This document shows, in pieces, positions 17,712 to 27,321 of a stretch of 32,000 bases of DNA. The notes under the pieces are model-generated. The model was not told the origin of the DNA. It made no database searches and worked only from the letters and a program-made list of their open reading frames with translations. Within the stretch, counting starts at the first letter, position 1. The number at the start of each line of letters is the position of its first letter. This DNA comes from an uncultured Methanobacteriaceae archaeon (lineage in GTDB: Archaea > Methanobacteriota > Methanobacteria > Methanobacteriales > Methanobacteriaceae): assembly GCA_963814425.1 (NCBI GenBank), contig CAWFCP010000017.1:278398-310397 (forward strand), given 5' to 3'. The position numbers and the translations under genes are program-made.

Positions 17712-19250
17712 GAAACCAACTATCCTATTGAATATATTTGAAAATGGTCCTAATTTATTCCCTAGCTTGTACATAACTCTAACATCTTCTAATTTTAATC
17801 CCCCAATAACAGCGAGAATTCCACCATATATGAAAGGGGACAAGATCAAAGCAAGGAAGAAATAAGCTTTGGTCTGCGGAAATGGTACAAAAACTAGTCC
17901 CATTACTATAGATGCAATTATTATTTTTCCAAAATCTCCCATTGGTAAAGTCACACGTGAAAGTTGCAGTGTTTTCCATACCAACGTCGACATTATGAAT
18001 AGGGATGTGATGGTTGTGGCTATTGCAGCGCCGTTAATGCCCAAGGGAGGTACAAGTAGTATGCTTAACATAATATCAATAACCGTACCCACTAATAGAA
18101 CGTACATGGGAAGGCGAGGCTTGCCCAGTCCCTGAGCTATGCTAGAAGAAACTGTGTAGATTGTAAAAAATAGCATTCCCGCTGCAAGTATCTGCAGTGA
18201 AGCAGATCCTGGTATGTAATCCGGGCCGAAAAGTATGCTAATTATTGGGGTTGCAAAAACAATTGTTCCAACGCATAGAGGTACTACAAAGAGAGATACA
18301 TAACGGTATGATTGTAAAACATATGTTTTAAGTAGTTCCCTGTTGTTGAGGCTTATAGCCTCTGCTGTAGCTGGAAGCACCGCTGTTGCAACGGCCATGG
18401 ATATTATGAGGGGTAGCCTTGCAACCGGGCTCGCAGCGTTGTAGTATCCAACAAATTCACTGGCCATGTAATGACCAATAACCAAAGTTCCCATATCGTA
18501 AAGTGCCAATTCTGCCAACCCGGTTATAACCACGGGTATTGAAAAGAACAATAACATCTTCGCTATTTTCATCTGGTCATTCAAGGTTAACTTCTTTGGT
18601 GCACGGGAAAGAAGTGACCTTGGAGTTGATAGCTTATCACGGACATCTCTTTGGAATAGATAAATTGCAGCTCCCAATGCTGCCATAAATCCCACTGCAG
18701 TACCAATAACTGCCCCTGCCACGTACATTCCTGCTGCTACCAGACCAACTGAAAAAATAACCATGAAAATTAGTTCAAATGCCCTTGTTATCAGTATGTT
18801 TTTCATCTGATAAAATCCTTGGAAGGTTCCCCTTAACGCTCCGACAATAACACTGAACGGTGTTATAAGGGCTATCAACTTAAATGGCAATACTGCCTCG
18901 GGTTTACCGAAAAACCCGAGTGCTATTGGTTCTGCTAAAAAGAAAATTACTACACTGAATACAAGACCAAGTACAATCATGATCTTGGTAGATATATTTA
19001 CTACTGCTTTTACCATTTCCGTATCATTTATGGCGTAGTATTCGGAAACATGCTTGGCAATGGCTGGCGGAAGACCTGCTCCAGCAATTATAATTAAAAA
19101 TCCCTGAAAGGGAAGGGTTAGACCGAGTATTCCGTATCCTGCAGGCCCCAATAAATTTGCCATGAGGAATCTGTATATGTATCCCCCTATTCGAAACAGG
19201 AATGATCCCAGGAGTATAACGATACTGCCCCTAGCTATTTTTGAACTCAT
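17691..19250 (-). CDS. MOP-superfamily flippase (Wzx/MurJ/SpoVB-like polysaccharide or lipid-linked precursor exporter)
   Basis: 519-aa ORF that is highly hydrophobic with many predicted TM helices. The N-terminus (ARGSIVILLGSFLFRIGGYIYRFLMANLLGPAGYG) is typical of the family. Its 3' end overlaps the MurT-like gene by 21 nt. Confidence 0.75.
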   Translation of the reverse strand: MSSKIARGSIVILLGSFLFRIGGYIYRFLMANLLGPAGYGILGLTLPFQGFLIIIAGAGLPPAIAKHVSEYYAINDTEMVKAVVNISTKIMIVLGLVFSVVIFFLAEPIALGFFGKPEAVLPFKLIALITPFSVIVGALRGTFQGFYQMKNILITRAFELIFMVIFSVGLVAAGMYVAGAVIGTAVGFMAALGAAIYLFQRDVRDKLSTPRSLLSRAPKKLTLNDQMKIAKMLLFFSIPVVITGLAELALYDMGTLVIGHYMASEFVGYYNAASPVARLPLIISMAVATAVLPATAEAISLNNRELLKTYVLQSYRYVSLFVVPLCVGTIVFATPIISILFGPDYIPGSASLQILAAGMLFFTIYTVSSSIAQGLGKPRLPMYVLLVGTVIDIMLSILLVPPLGINGAAIATTITSLFIMSTLVWKTLQLSRVTLPMGDFGKIIIASIVMGLVFVPFPQTKAYFFLALILSPFIYGGILAVIGGLKLEDVRVMYKLGNKLGPFSNIFNRIVGFLERFAV

Positions 19251-19575
19251 AATGTTACCAACATTTAGAAACGATTATTTATACTATTCATATTTGATAA
19301 TCTTGTTATAATTTATATCCATAATCTATCTCTTGTTTTTAGATATATGGAATATTTTTTGGGGATTATATTGAAGAATAATTCAAGATTTTATGAAAAT
19401 CCATTTTTGTTTATGATACTTTTTATATTCTCACAAGAGAGATAGTGTTTATTGTTTTGACATGTATAAATACATGGAACAACGATAAAAAAAAATTGGA
19501 TTTATTGATGAAACTTATAAAATATTATTGTACACTAAAACAGAATTAAACAGGGGTGTAAGCATTAAAATCGTT

Positions 19576-20019
19576 ATGGCAACAGGAACATTTGATATAA
19601 TACATCCAGGTCATGGATATTACCTAGAAGAATCAAAGAAAGTGGGCGGAGAAAATGCTAGACTTGTGGTTGTAGTTGCAAGGGATGCAACTGTTAGAGC
19701 AAAGAAAAGAATACCGGTGGTTGACGAAAAACAGAGATTAGAGGTTGTTAAAATGATTAAGCCTGTTGACGAAGCATATCTTGGAAGTGAAACCGATATG
19801 TTCAAAATTGTGAATCAAATAAAACCGGATATAATAACCATTGGTTCTGATCAAAACTACGATATAAACGAGCTCAAAAAACAGCTTTTAAAAAGAGATA
19901 TTCATACAGAAGTTGTAAAAATCGAGGGATATAAAAGGTCACCACTTGACAGCACATGTAAAATAATAAGAAGGATTAAAGGCATGGAGTTTGATGAAAA
20001 TATCTTTAAAAAATGTTAA
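19576..20019 (+). CDS. ribL: Archaeal FAD synthase (FMN adenylyltransferase, cytidylyltransferase fold)
   Basis: [23 protein letters not shown] and ITIGSDQ match the M. jannaschii RibL pattern as I recall it. The ORF opens at 19528 (TTG), and the true start is uncertain. The conserved part begins around [11 protein letters not shown]. Confidence 0.8.
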   Translation: MATGTFDIIHPGHGYYLEESKKVGGENARLVVVVARDATVRAKKRIPVVDEKQRLEVVKMIKPVDEAYLGSETDMFKIVNQIKPDIITIGSDQNYDINELKKQLLKRDIHTEVVKIEGYKRSPLDSTCKIIRRIKGMEFDENIFKKC

Positions 20020-20093
20020 TTTTTATTATAATGTCTAAAATCTAATCCAATTTTTATGGCTTTGATAGAAAATATTGGATTATAAATCATCTG

Positions 20094-20117
20094 AAAAAGG
20101 ATCTGATGGTCCTTTTT
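20094..20117 (+). terminator. Hairpin ending in a T5 run, downstream of ribL
   Basis: AAAAAGGA (20094-20101) pairs with TCCTTTTT (20110-20117) across an 8-nt loop. A simpler oligo-T (TTTTT, 20022-20026) directly after the ribL stop may already terminate transcription. Confidence 0.3.
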
Positions 20118-20470
20118 ATGATTTAAAGGCATTTAAAACGGATTTTTGATTAGGGATATTAATGCCAGACCTTGTACTCATAATCCAAAAAAACTCCATT
20201 CTGATGATCGAATCAAAGGGTACGCATCGAATAACTAACATCCATATCAGACTCTATTACTATCCAGTAACCTTCCGTGATTATGAAAATTACTTTAAAT
20301 AGAAATGGTGGGTTAAGCCATTTAAAAATGTATAAAAAAAGTTCTGGCCCAATTCAAACCGAATGATATCCATCACCATAAATCCAATTATTATTTTTTT
20401 CCTATGAATTAGGGTTAAAATAACTTTTAAAACCAACAACTTATATTTGATCACATGAAGAATATTGAGC

Positions 20471-21581
20471 ATGGAATATATCATGGAGATAGAGAAGGTT
20501 GAGAAGGCAGTTAAATTACTGGAAAAGTCTTCTGAATTTGCTGCAATCATCCCCGAGGTTCGAAGTAATATTGTGATGGCAGTTGAAAATGCTGAAGTAA
20601 TTGAACAAGTAGTTGGGATTCCTGGAAGGATAACAACTGTTAATGGTAGGGCCAAAGCATTTATGGCACCCGATTTTATGAATTCATCCCACATGGCCAG
20701 GCTGGTACTCGCTATTATGAAACATGACCCGTCCAAAAGAAGTGCTCTCAATATGAAGTACGAACCCGCGATATTAGAAATATGCGAGAAACTTGGTCTT
20801 AAGGTCTCATGCTACAATAGAGCCCACGAACCAGTAAAAGTTAAGGAAATTGAAGGCGGTACAATTCCTTGGGGGGTCGAAACAGCTATAAAAATGGCAG
20901 GAACAGTTCCAGATGTCATCTATCATACAGGTGCCTGGGGTAAGGAACCTATGATATGTTTGGTTGGATCTGATGCAGTGGAAGTTGCTGAAATGGCTGT
21001 CTGCATTGCAAAACTATTCGATACCCGTAAAAATAAAAAGGTTAAAACCCCTGAAAAACTGGTTGAACACTTTGATAATTGTCAAGAAGTTATCTTTTCA
21101 CCATCGCGTGGAATATGGAAGGAACAAAAAACGAGTATTTCATGTATATTTTGTGCGATAGCAGAGTTTAATCCAGATATAGAAGAAAGAGTATTATACA
21201 ATGATCAAGAAAATATGGTGCTGATGAATATATTTCCATACAGCAGAGGCCACCTAGTGGTTGTGCCTGTGAAGCATTATACAGACCTCAATGATCTCAG
21301 TTCAGAAGAGGTAAAAAACATTATTCAGCTTGGTTCAAAGGTCAATATCATTAATAAAGGATGTTATAAAACCTGATGGCATAAATGTTGGTTTAAACCT
21401 TGGAAAAGCCGCGGGAGCGAGTATTGAACATATTCACGTCCATTTAGTTCCCAGGTTTAAATACGAATCAGGTTTCATGGAAACAACTGCAGATACCAGG
21501 GTAATTGAAGAATATATTAATGTTACGTATGCTAAATTCATTGAAAAGCTTGATATTTTGAGGGATGATCATGAAGTATGA
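20471..21581 (+). pseudogene. ThiN-type thiamine-phosphate synthase domain fused to a HIT (histidine triad) nucleotide hydrolase/transferase domain; the HIT domain is split by a frame change
   Basis: The pieces are 20465..21376 and 21330..21581. The N-terminal ~190 aa (AAIIPEVRSNIVMA, GIPGRITTVNGR, SSHMARLVLAIMKHDP, GKEPMICLVG) fit the ThiN domain. The following IFCAI...NIFPYSRGHLVVVPVKH and the second piece GINVGLNLGKAAGASIEHIHVHLVPR form a single HIT domain. An A6 run at 21313-21318 lies exactly where the second frame opens. Confidence 0.75.
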
Positions 21582-22575
21582 TATGTACAACGAAGTTTTG
21601 GAGCAGCCAGGATCACTGAAAAAGACTTTGAAAAAAGAAAAATCTCATATGAATGAGATTGCTGAGAAATTAAAGGAAATAGACAAAATATATTTGGTTG
21701 GGTGTGGAAGTTCCCTTTCAACCTGCTACTCTGTCCGGGATGCCATAGGATTTTTATCGGACATGAATTTGGAGGTTCACACAGGCTACGAATTTGTCCA
21801 CCACAAAAATCTTCAAAAATTAAATTCAGCGTTAATAGTGACTTCACAGTCTGGTGAAACAGCAGATACCGTTGCAGCACTTCGTAAAGCAAAAGAAAAG
21901 GGTATTTACACTGTTTCAATTACCAACGAACCTGAGAGCAGTATGATGAAAGAATCTGAAGATTCTGTGCTTACACGTTGCGGGAGTGAAACCGCAATAT
22001 TAGGTACCAAAACCTACATGACCCAACTCCTATGTCTCTACGAGATTCTGTTTACAATGGAAGGATCAGCGGAGGCTAAAAAGGTTTTAGAGGATCTCAA
22101 AAAGATACCCGACATCACAGAAGAACTGGTCAAAAATACAGAGGAAGAAAACAGGATTCTGGCTGAAAAATACAAGGATGAGGATATATTCTACTGCATG
22201 GGAAGTGGTCCAAACTTCGGTCTGGCATACAAGATTGCAATGACCATGTTAATGGAAGGTGCACTGAAGCATGCCTGTCCACTTTACTCGGGAGAGTTCA
22301 GGCATGGTCTTATAGAGAGGGTAGAAAAGGATGTTCCGATAATGTTTCTCGATGCGGGTTTTCCTGGTGATGAACATACAAATAAATCAATCGAATTTTC
22401 GGATAGTATAGGTGCAAAGAGTATAATATTCCGTATGGAAAATTATTCCGACATCCATCCACTTCTATCCCCATTTATACTTGTTGTACCTGTTGAATGG
22501 TTCATCTACTACCTATCACACTACAGTGGGGAAGATCCCGGCAGTACTAGGCATATTGGAAAGGTTAGGTACTGA
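21571..22575 (+). CDS. Double-SIS-domain phosphosugar isomerase/deaminase (GlmS isomerase-domain-only type, GlmD/FrlB-like)
   Basis: [13 protein letters not shown] and [15 protein letters not shown] are SIS motifs, and a second SIS repeat follows ([13 protein letters not shown]). The ATG at 21571 is preceded by GAGGGATGA. The start overlaps the end of the HIT ORF. Confidence 0.75.
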   Translation: MKYDMYNEVLEQPGSLKKTLKKEKSHMNEIAEKLKEIDKIYLVGCGSSLSTCYSVRDAIGFLSDMNLEVHTGYEFVHHKNLQKLNSALIVTSQSGETADTVAALRKAKEKGIYTVSITNEPESSMMKESEDSVLTRCGSETAILGTKTYMTQLLCLYEILFTMEGSAEAKKVLEDLKKIPDITEELVKNTEEENRILAEKYKDEDIFYCMGSGPNFGLAYKIAMTMLMEGALKHACPLYSGEFRHGLIERVEKDVPIMFLDAGFPGDEHTNKSIEFSDSIGAKSIIFRMENYSDIHPLLSPFILVVPVEWFIYYLSHYSGEDPGSTRHIGKVRY

Positions 22576-22673
22576 ATTTTTATACACTCTTTTTTATAAA
22601 AGAATTTGGAACTTTATTTACAGAAAAGAAGTTTAAATAATCTTAAAAAAAAACTGTTGTAGGATCAGAACTG

Positions 22674-23102
22674 TTATTCTACCTTAACTTCAAAGCTCTG
22701 TTTCATCTCCAGTTTTGGCAGGGTAACAGTTAAAACCCCATTTTCAAATTTGGCAGAAGATTCATCGATCTTTATTCTATCAGGCAGTGAAACAGTTCTG
22801 TTAACCTTACCATATTTTCTTTCCTTTCTCACAAATGTTTTGTCCTCAACTTCGGTTTCTTCGTTGAACAGAGCAGTGATTTCCATGGTATTCTCGGATA
22901 TGTCAATTTTTATATCTTTCTGTTTAACACCCGGCAAGTCTGTTACGACTGTTATCTGTTCATCATCTTCAAAAACGTCCATAAATGGCCTTAGAGGCAT
23001 TTTAGATGTGTACTCGTTGACTGTCCTTTCAATATCCTTTGTTTTTTCCTTTATTGTACCTGTGATATCGTTAAAGATCTCTTCAGCTGAGTTTCTTTTC
23101 AT
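22674..23102 (-). CDS. Small heat-shock protein, Hsp20/alpha-crystallin family
   Basis: Alpha-crystallin core: [28 protein letters not shown]...[12 protein letters not shown]. The ATG at 23102 lies 9 nt after a GGAGG that sits inside the upstream NOG1 gene. The ORF-track start at 23108 is TTG. Confidence 0.85.
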   Translation of the reverse strand: MKRNSAEEIFNDITGTIKEKTKDIERTVNEYTSKMPLRPFMDVFEDDEQITVVTDLPGVKQKDIKIDISENTMEITALFNEETEVEDKTFVRKERKYGKVNRTVSLPDRIKIDESSAKFENGVLTVTLPKLEMKQSFEVKVE

Positions 23103-24078
23103 TATCAAATTCCTCCATTTTAGCTATTATATCAGATATTCCTGTTCCTTCGGATGCTGAAAGCATGAGAGGATTATCAACTTGATTAACATATCCCTGG
23201 ACATGGTCTACGTCTTCAACCAGATCCATTTTGTTAAAAATACACTGTATTGGTGTCTTGAAAATATGTTTTATTTCAAAATAAAGGTTCAGCTGGCTTT
23301 CCAAAGGATATCCTGATGTTTCTGATGCATCGAATATGTAAAAAACCAGGTCTGCAAGGTGTTCGAGTGCAACCATTGCATTTAACTCGATCTCGTTCAT
23401 GTCCTGAACAGGCCTGTCAAGGAGACCTGGAGTGTCTATGAACTGAAAATGAGTCCATTTATGTTCAAGGTGACCTATCTGGATCCCTGTTGTGGTGAAT
23501 GGATAATCAGCCACCTTGGGTTCGGCTGATGTTAACTGCCGAAGGATGGTTGATTTTCCAACGTTTGGAAATCCCGCTATTACTGCTGTGGTTGCTTCAA
23601 AGTCTATGGTTGGCATGTTCCTGAGCTTTTGTTTTGCAAAGTCAAGAAAGTGAAGTTCATCCTCTATCCTGTAAACAACAGACGCTAATCTTCCAAACGC
23701 CTCTTTTCTAACCTTTGAAGCATCTTCAGGACTTGATCTGCGTATTTTGAAGACATATTGATTTTCAAATTTTGCTATTAGATCAACTGCCCATTTAAGG
23801 GCCCCCAGAGATTTTTTAAACTGATCAACACCTACAACCACATCTATGTAATCTTGATAGAACATATTCAAGGTTGAGATTTTTGGAACCTTTTCAAGTA
23901 TGTTGTTAAAGGTTTCTTGAGTTACCTGGCATGCTGTTTTGATCCTTGCCTCCTCTGTCTTCTTTGACTTTTGGTGGCGGGGAATTTTTGAACCCCTTAC
24001 TTTATTAGCGGCTTTTTTAGCCCTGCTGAAACTTTTATCCAGAACCTCTTCTGGTGTTGGAATTGTTGGTATGAACAT
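23083..24078 (-). CDS. NOG1-family GTPase (archaeal ribosome-biogenesis-type GTP-binding protein)
   Basis: 331-aa ORF with a helical N-domain. GTPase motifs are G1 [10 protein letters not shown]3 DTPG and G4 NKMD. Confidence 0.8.
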   Translation of the reverse strand: MFIPTIPTPEEVLDKSFSRAKKAANKVRGSKIPRHQKSKKTEEARIKTACQVTQETFNNILEKVPKISTLNMFYQDYIDVVVGVDQFKKSLGALKWAVDLIAKFENQYVFKIRRSSPEDASKVRKEAFGRLASVVYRIEDELHFLDFAKQKLRNMPTIDFEATTAVIAGFPNVGKSTILRQLTSAEPKVADYPFTTTGIQIGHLEHKWTHFQFIDTPGLLDRPVQDMNEIELNAMVALEHLADLVFYIFDASETSGYPLESQLNLYFEIKHIFKTPIQCIFNKMDLVEDVDHVQGYVNQVDNPLMLSASEGTGISDIIAKMEEFDNEKKLS

Positions 24079-24399
24079 TTGATCCCTCTTTTTTATAAAT
24101 TAAAATTTATTAGTTTTTAATATTGATCTTAAATATTTGATACTTAAGTGGATTATAACGAGTTTTAATGAATTAATTTTACAAGAATTTGAACTGCATA
24201 ATTAGAAACTCAGATAGTACATTTAAGTTAGTATGTCCTATGATATTTAACCTTCCCTCGGATCATGTGATGAAGAAAAATTCATTTTTCGTATAAATGA
24301 AACTTACTTAAGTTCAATTTTTTTAAACTATTTTAGTCATTTATAAGATATCCCATATTTTAATCTAAAAAGAGCTGAGGAAAATTTATGATTTAAAAA

Positions 24400-24966
24400 T
24401 TATTCCTCAAATATCTGGGATTCAAATCTGTATATCCTAACTTCATTTTTAAGCCAACAATCAGAAGATAGTCCTGCCTTCATGCAGGTGTTTGATAAAA
24501 ATTCTTCCTCGTTCCATCCCCATTCAGTTGCCACTTGAGGCAGTAATAATCCCCTATATGGTCCCATCTCAACTATAAGACCATCCTGGCCAACTTTTAC
24601 ATTTTTCAGGTATTCCCATGGGTTTTCCACTTCGATGAGGGTGGGTTTTGTCAGCACACTTACCTCCACATGTATATCATCCAGTTCAACCGGAGTTAAA
24701 GGATTAAATCTAGGATCCTTGGTTGCAGCAGATATTGCTGCATCTACAACAGCATTTAAAAGAGGCATAACAGGTTCAGGATAACCAATACATCCTCTGA
24801 GCTCCTTACCCCTGTTTAAGGTTACGAATACACCCATATTTTCCTTTAATCTGGGATCTGCATCTTCAGGAATTTTTATTACTTCCCTGTCACCCAAGTA
24901 GGTGACAATCGCATTTCTTGCAAGTTCAACCAGAAATTTTCCATCTTCTGCAGTTAACATACCCAT
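24400..24966 (-). CDS. AMMECR1-domain protein
   Basis: 188-aa ORF. It has [10 protein letters not shown] and DPRFNPL, followed by GLLLPQV, which are hallmark AMMECR1 motifs. It lies 36 nt downstream of tldD. Confidence 0.85.
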   Translation of the reverse strand: MGMLTAEDGKFLVELARNAIVTYLGDREVIKIPEDADPRLKENMGVFVTLNRGKELRGCIGYPEPVMPLLNAVVDAAISAATKDPRFNPLTPVELDDIHVEVSVLTKPTLIEVENPWEYLKNVKVGQDGLIVEMGPYRGLLLPQVATEWGWNEEEFLSNTCMKAGLSSDCWLKNEVRIYRFESQIFEE

Positions 24967-25002
24967 CCTCCCATACTTTTTTAAAACTAATAAGAACGAA
25001 AT

Positions 25003-26388
25003 TTATGTTGCCCCTCCTACCGTTGCCCTTGAAACTCTTACATGGGGTCCTCCATCCCCAACAGGAACTGTCTGTCCGGACTTTCCACAGAATCCTACAC
25101 CCATTTTGAAATCCGATCCAAGTGCATCAACGTTGTTGAGTATTTCCATGATACTTCCTGAAAGGGAAACATCCCTAAGAGGGTCTCTAATTTCACCATT
25201 TTTGATTATAAACGATTCTGCAGCGTTGAACTGGAATATACCCTTACCTGTGTCAACCTGACCTCCCCTGGAACCCTTGAGGTATATTCCATTTTCAATT
25301 CCTTCAAAAAGTTCCTCAAATGATCTATTCCCTGGTTTTAGATAAGTATTGCTCATCCTTACAATAGGTTGCTCTCCAATAGAAGACCTGGCATTTCCTG
25401 ATGATTCAATTCCAAGCTTTGATGCTGTTTCCCTTGAGCTTAAAAGGGATGAAAGTATGCCTTCATTGACAAGGATGTTTTCTGAAGTTTTAACGCCCTC
25501 TGCATCGTAGGGATAATATCCAAATGCATCCATACTTGCATCATCAACTATTGTAACCAGATTTGAACCTATTTGAGTGCCCATTTTACCCTTCAATATG
25601 GAATCATTCTGGAGTATCAGATCTGCTTCGGATGCATGTCCAAGTGCTTCGTGTATGAACACCCCGGTTAGTTCTGGGTCTAGAACCACTGGAAAACTAC
25701 CAGATGGTGGAGATTTTGCTTTAAGAAGTCTTACCGCCTTTGATGCTGCTGTTCTACCGAATTTCTCAATATCATGCTTTTTTATGACTTCAAAGCCCTT
25801 TGAACCACCAATACTTTTGTGTCCAAACTGAATAGTTCCTTCGGAAGCTGCAACAGCATTTAAGAACATTGCAACCCTTGATTCTTCTATTGTTAGGGAA
25901 GTACCCTCAGAATTTAGGTATAGGGTTGTTCCTTCACCATCGACGTAGTTCACAGTTGTGCTTACTACCTTTTCTATATTGGCAGCTGCCTCTGCATCCT
26001 GCATTACTTCCTTCTTTTCATCCAGCGATACTTTGGATGGTGGAAGTTTGGCCTTGGATTTGACACTATCCTTGGAAGTTTTTACATTGACAAGTTCCAC
26101 ATCACTTTTTGTTGAATTTGCAAGTTTAAGAGCAGATTCAGCCATTTCATCAAGCCGGGACAACTGTGTTGTGAATGCTAATCCCCATGATCCATTCATG
26201 AGAACCCTGACCGATCCTCCGAAATCTGATCCAGAACGTATCTCCTGTATTTTACCATCTTTCATCACAATTACAGTGTTTTTACTTTCATTAACTCTTA
26301 AATCAACATAATCTACTCTACTATCCAGAGAATTAATTGTTTTTTTGAATAAATCAGGATCCAATCGGTTTTCAGTTGAAGATGTCAT
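25003..26388 (-). CDS. tldD: TldD-family zinc metalloprotease
   Basis: It has the [12 protein letters not shown] (HExxxH) motif and a conserved C-terminal GGPHVRV region. The ATG at 26388 (MTSSTENRL) is preceded by AGGAG. The ORF-track start at 26466 adds 26 non-conserved residues. Confidence 0.8.
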   Translation of the reverse strand: MTSSTENRLDPDLFKKTINSLDSRVDYVDLRVNESKNTVIVMKDGKIQEIRSGSDFGGSVRVLMNGSWGLAFTTQLSRLDEMAESALKLANSTKSDVELVNVKTSKDSVKSKAKLPPSKVSLDEKKEVMQDAEAAANIEKVVSTTVNYVDGEGTTLYLNSEGTSLTIEESRVAMFLNAVAASEGTIQFGHKSIGGSKGFEVIKKHDIEKFGRTAASKAVRLLKAKSPPSGSFPVVLDPELTGVFIHEALGHASEADLILQNDSILKGKMGTQIGSNLVTIVDDASMDAFGYYPYDAEGVKTSENILVNEGILSSLLSSRETASKLGIESSGNARSSIGEQPIVRMSNTYLKPGNRSFEELFEGIENGIYLKGSRGGQVDTGKGIFQFNAAESFIIKNGEIRDPLRDVSLSGSIMEILNNVDALGSDFKMGVGFCGKSGQTVPVGDGGPHVRVSRATVGGAT

Positions 26389-26913
26389 ATTCAATACTCC
26401 TTTTTTGATAAATAAATTATTATTACCGCTAAATTTTATTGAAGAGTTAATTTTTCTTATTAACAATAATTTTGGTGTACAAAAAGAAATATTTTTGCCT
26501 TATTTCAAGCCCTAAATTGTTGAATATTTTAAATATTATTTTACTAATTATAATTTATCATTGATCAAATTTTGTAGAAATTGTTAATGGGACATTTTAG
26601 TATTTTAGAAATCTGAAGATATTAAGAATGAATTATAGTAATTGAAACTTTATTAACTACAATAAGTCCATCAGAGTTTATAATCATCCAATAAAGGGAT
26701 GGATTGTTTTCTGTTAATCAGATCATTTCAAAAGATTTAGATTCAAACAATCTGTTGGTTTTATTAGGTTCAAGTTTAGCTACCGTGTAGTTTTAATGAA
26801 ATTAATTGTAATGACAGAATTTTACTAATAATTAAACAACTAATTAATACTAGAATTATAAAAAAATTATATTTTGGTAGTTTAATATTCCAATAAATTT
26901 ATCGAAATTTCAT

Positions 26914-27321
26914 TCATATTGGTATCTTTTTTAATTTTTGATCCATTTGGTGATTGTGAACAGCCATTTCTATGGAGCTTATTAATTCTCCTTCATAGAA
27001 TGGTTTTACTATGTAACCATAAGGGCGGGTTATTTTAGCTCTTTCCAATATTGCATCGTCAAAATAGGCTGTTGTATATATAACTGGTATATCGTATAGT
27101 ACACGTATTTGTTGGGCTGTCTCTATTCCATCCATTTCTCCCTTAATTACTATATCCATCAAAATCAGATCAGGATTTGCTTCTCCAATTTTTTTTATAG
27201 CATCTTTCCCATTATTTGCAATAGCCAGGACCACATATCCTAATTTTTCCAACATTTGTTTTAAATCTACAGCAACTATACCTTCATCTTCTACAATTAA
27301 AATCCTTGAATCTCTCGTCAT
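26914..27321 (-). CDS. Stand-alone response-regulator receiver domain (CheY-like), with no output domain
   Basis: 135-aa ORF. It has ILIVEDE, the phospho-acceptor LILMDI, the T/S position in YTTAY, and the conserved Lys in VKPF. A GGGGTGG RBS is present. No kinase is adjacent. Confidence 0.85.
   Translation of the reverse strand: MTRDSRILIVEDEGIVAVDLKQMLEKLGYVVLAIANNGKDAIKKIGEANPDLILMDIVIKGEMDGIETAQQIRVLYDIPVIYTTAYFDDAILERAKITRPYGYIVKPFYEGELISSIEMAVHNHQMDQKLKKIPI

Noticed and set aside
24267-24377. A candidate C/D-box sRNA: GTGATGA at 24267-24273 and CTGA at 24374-24377, in the nog1/AMMECR1 spacer.
   Set aside because: The boxes are ~100 nt apart, whereas archaeal C/D sRNAs are ~50-70 nt. 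No internal D'/C' boxes and no terminal stem are visible.
26760-26790. A tRNA-like T-loop word (GGTTCAAGT) in the spacer.
   Set aside because: There are no complementary T-stem, acceptor stem or anticodon arm sequences. The local G+C content is far too low for an archaeal tRNA.
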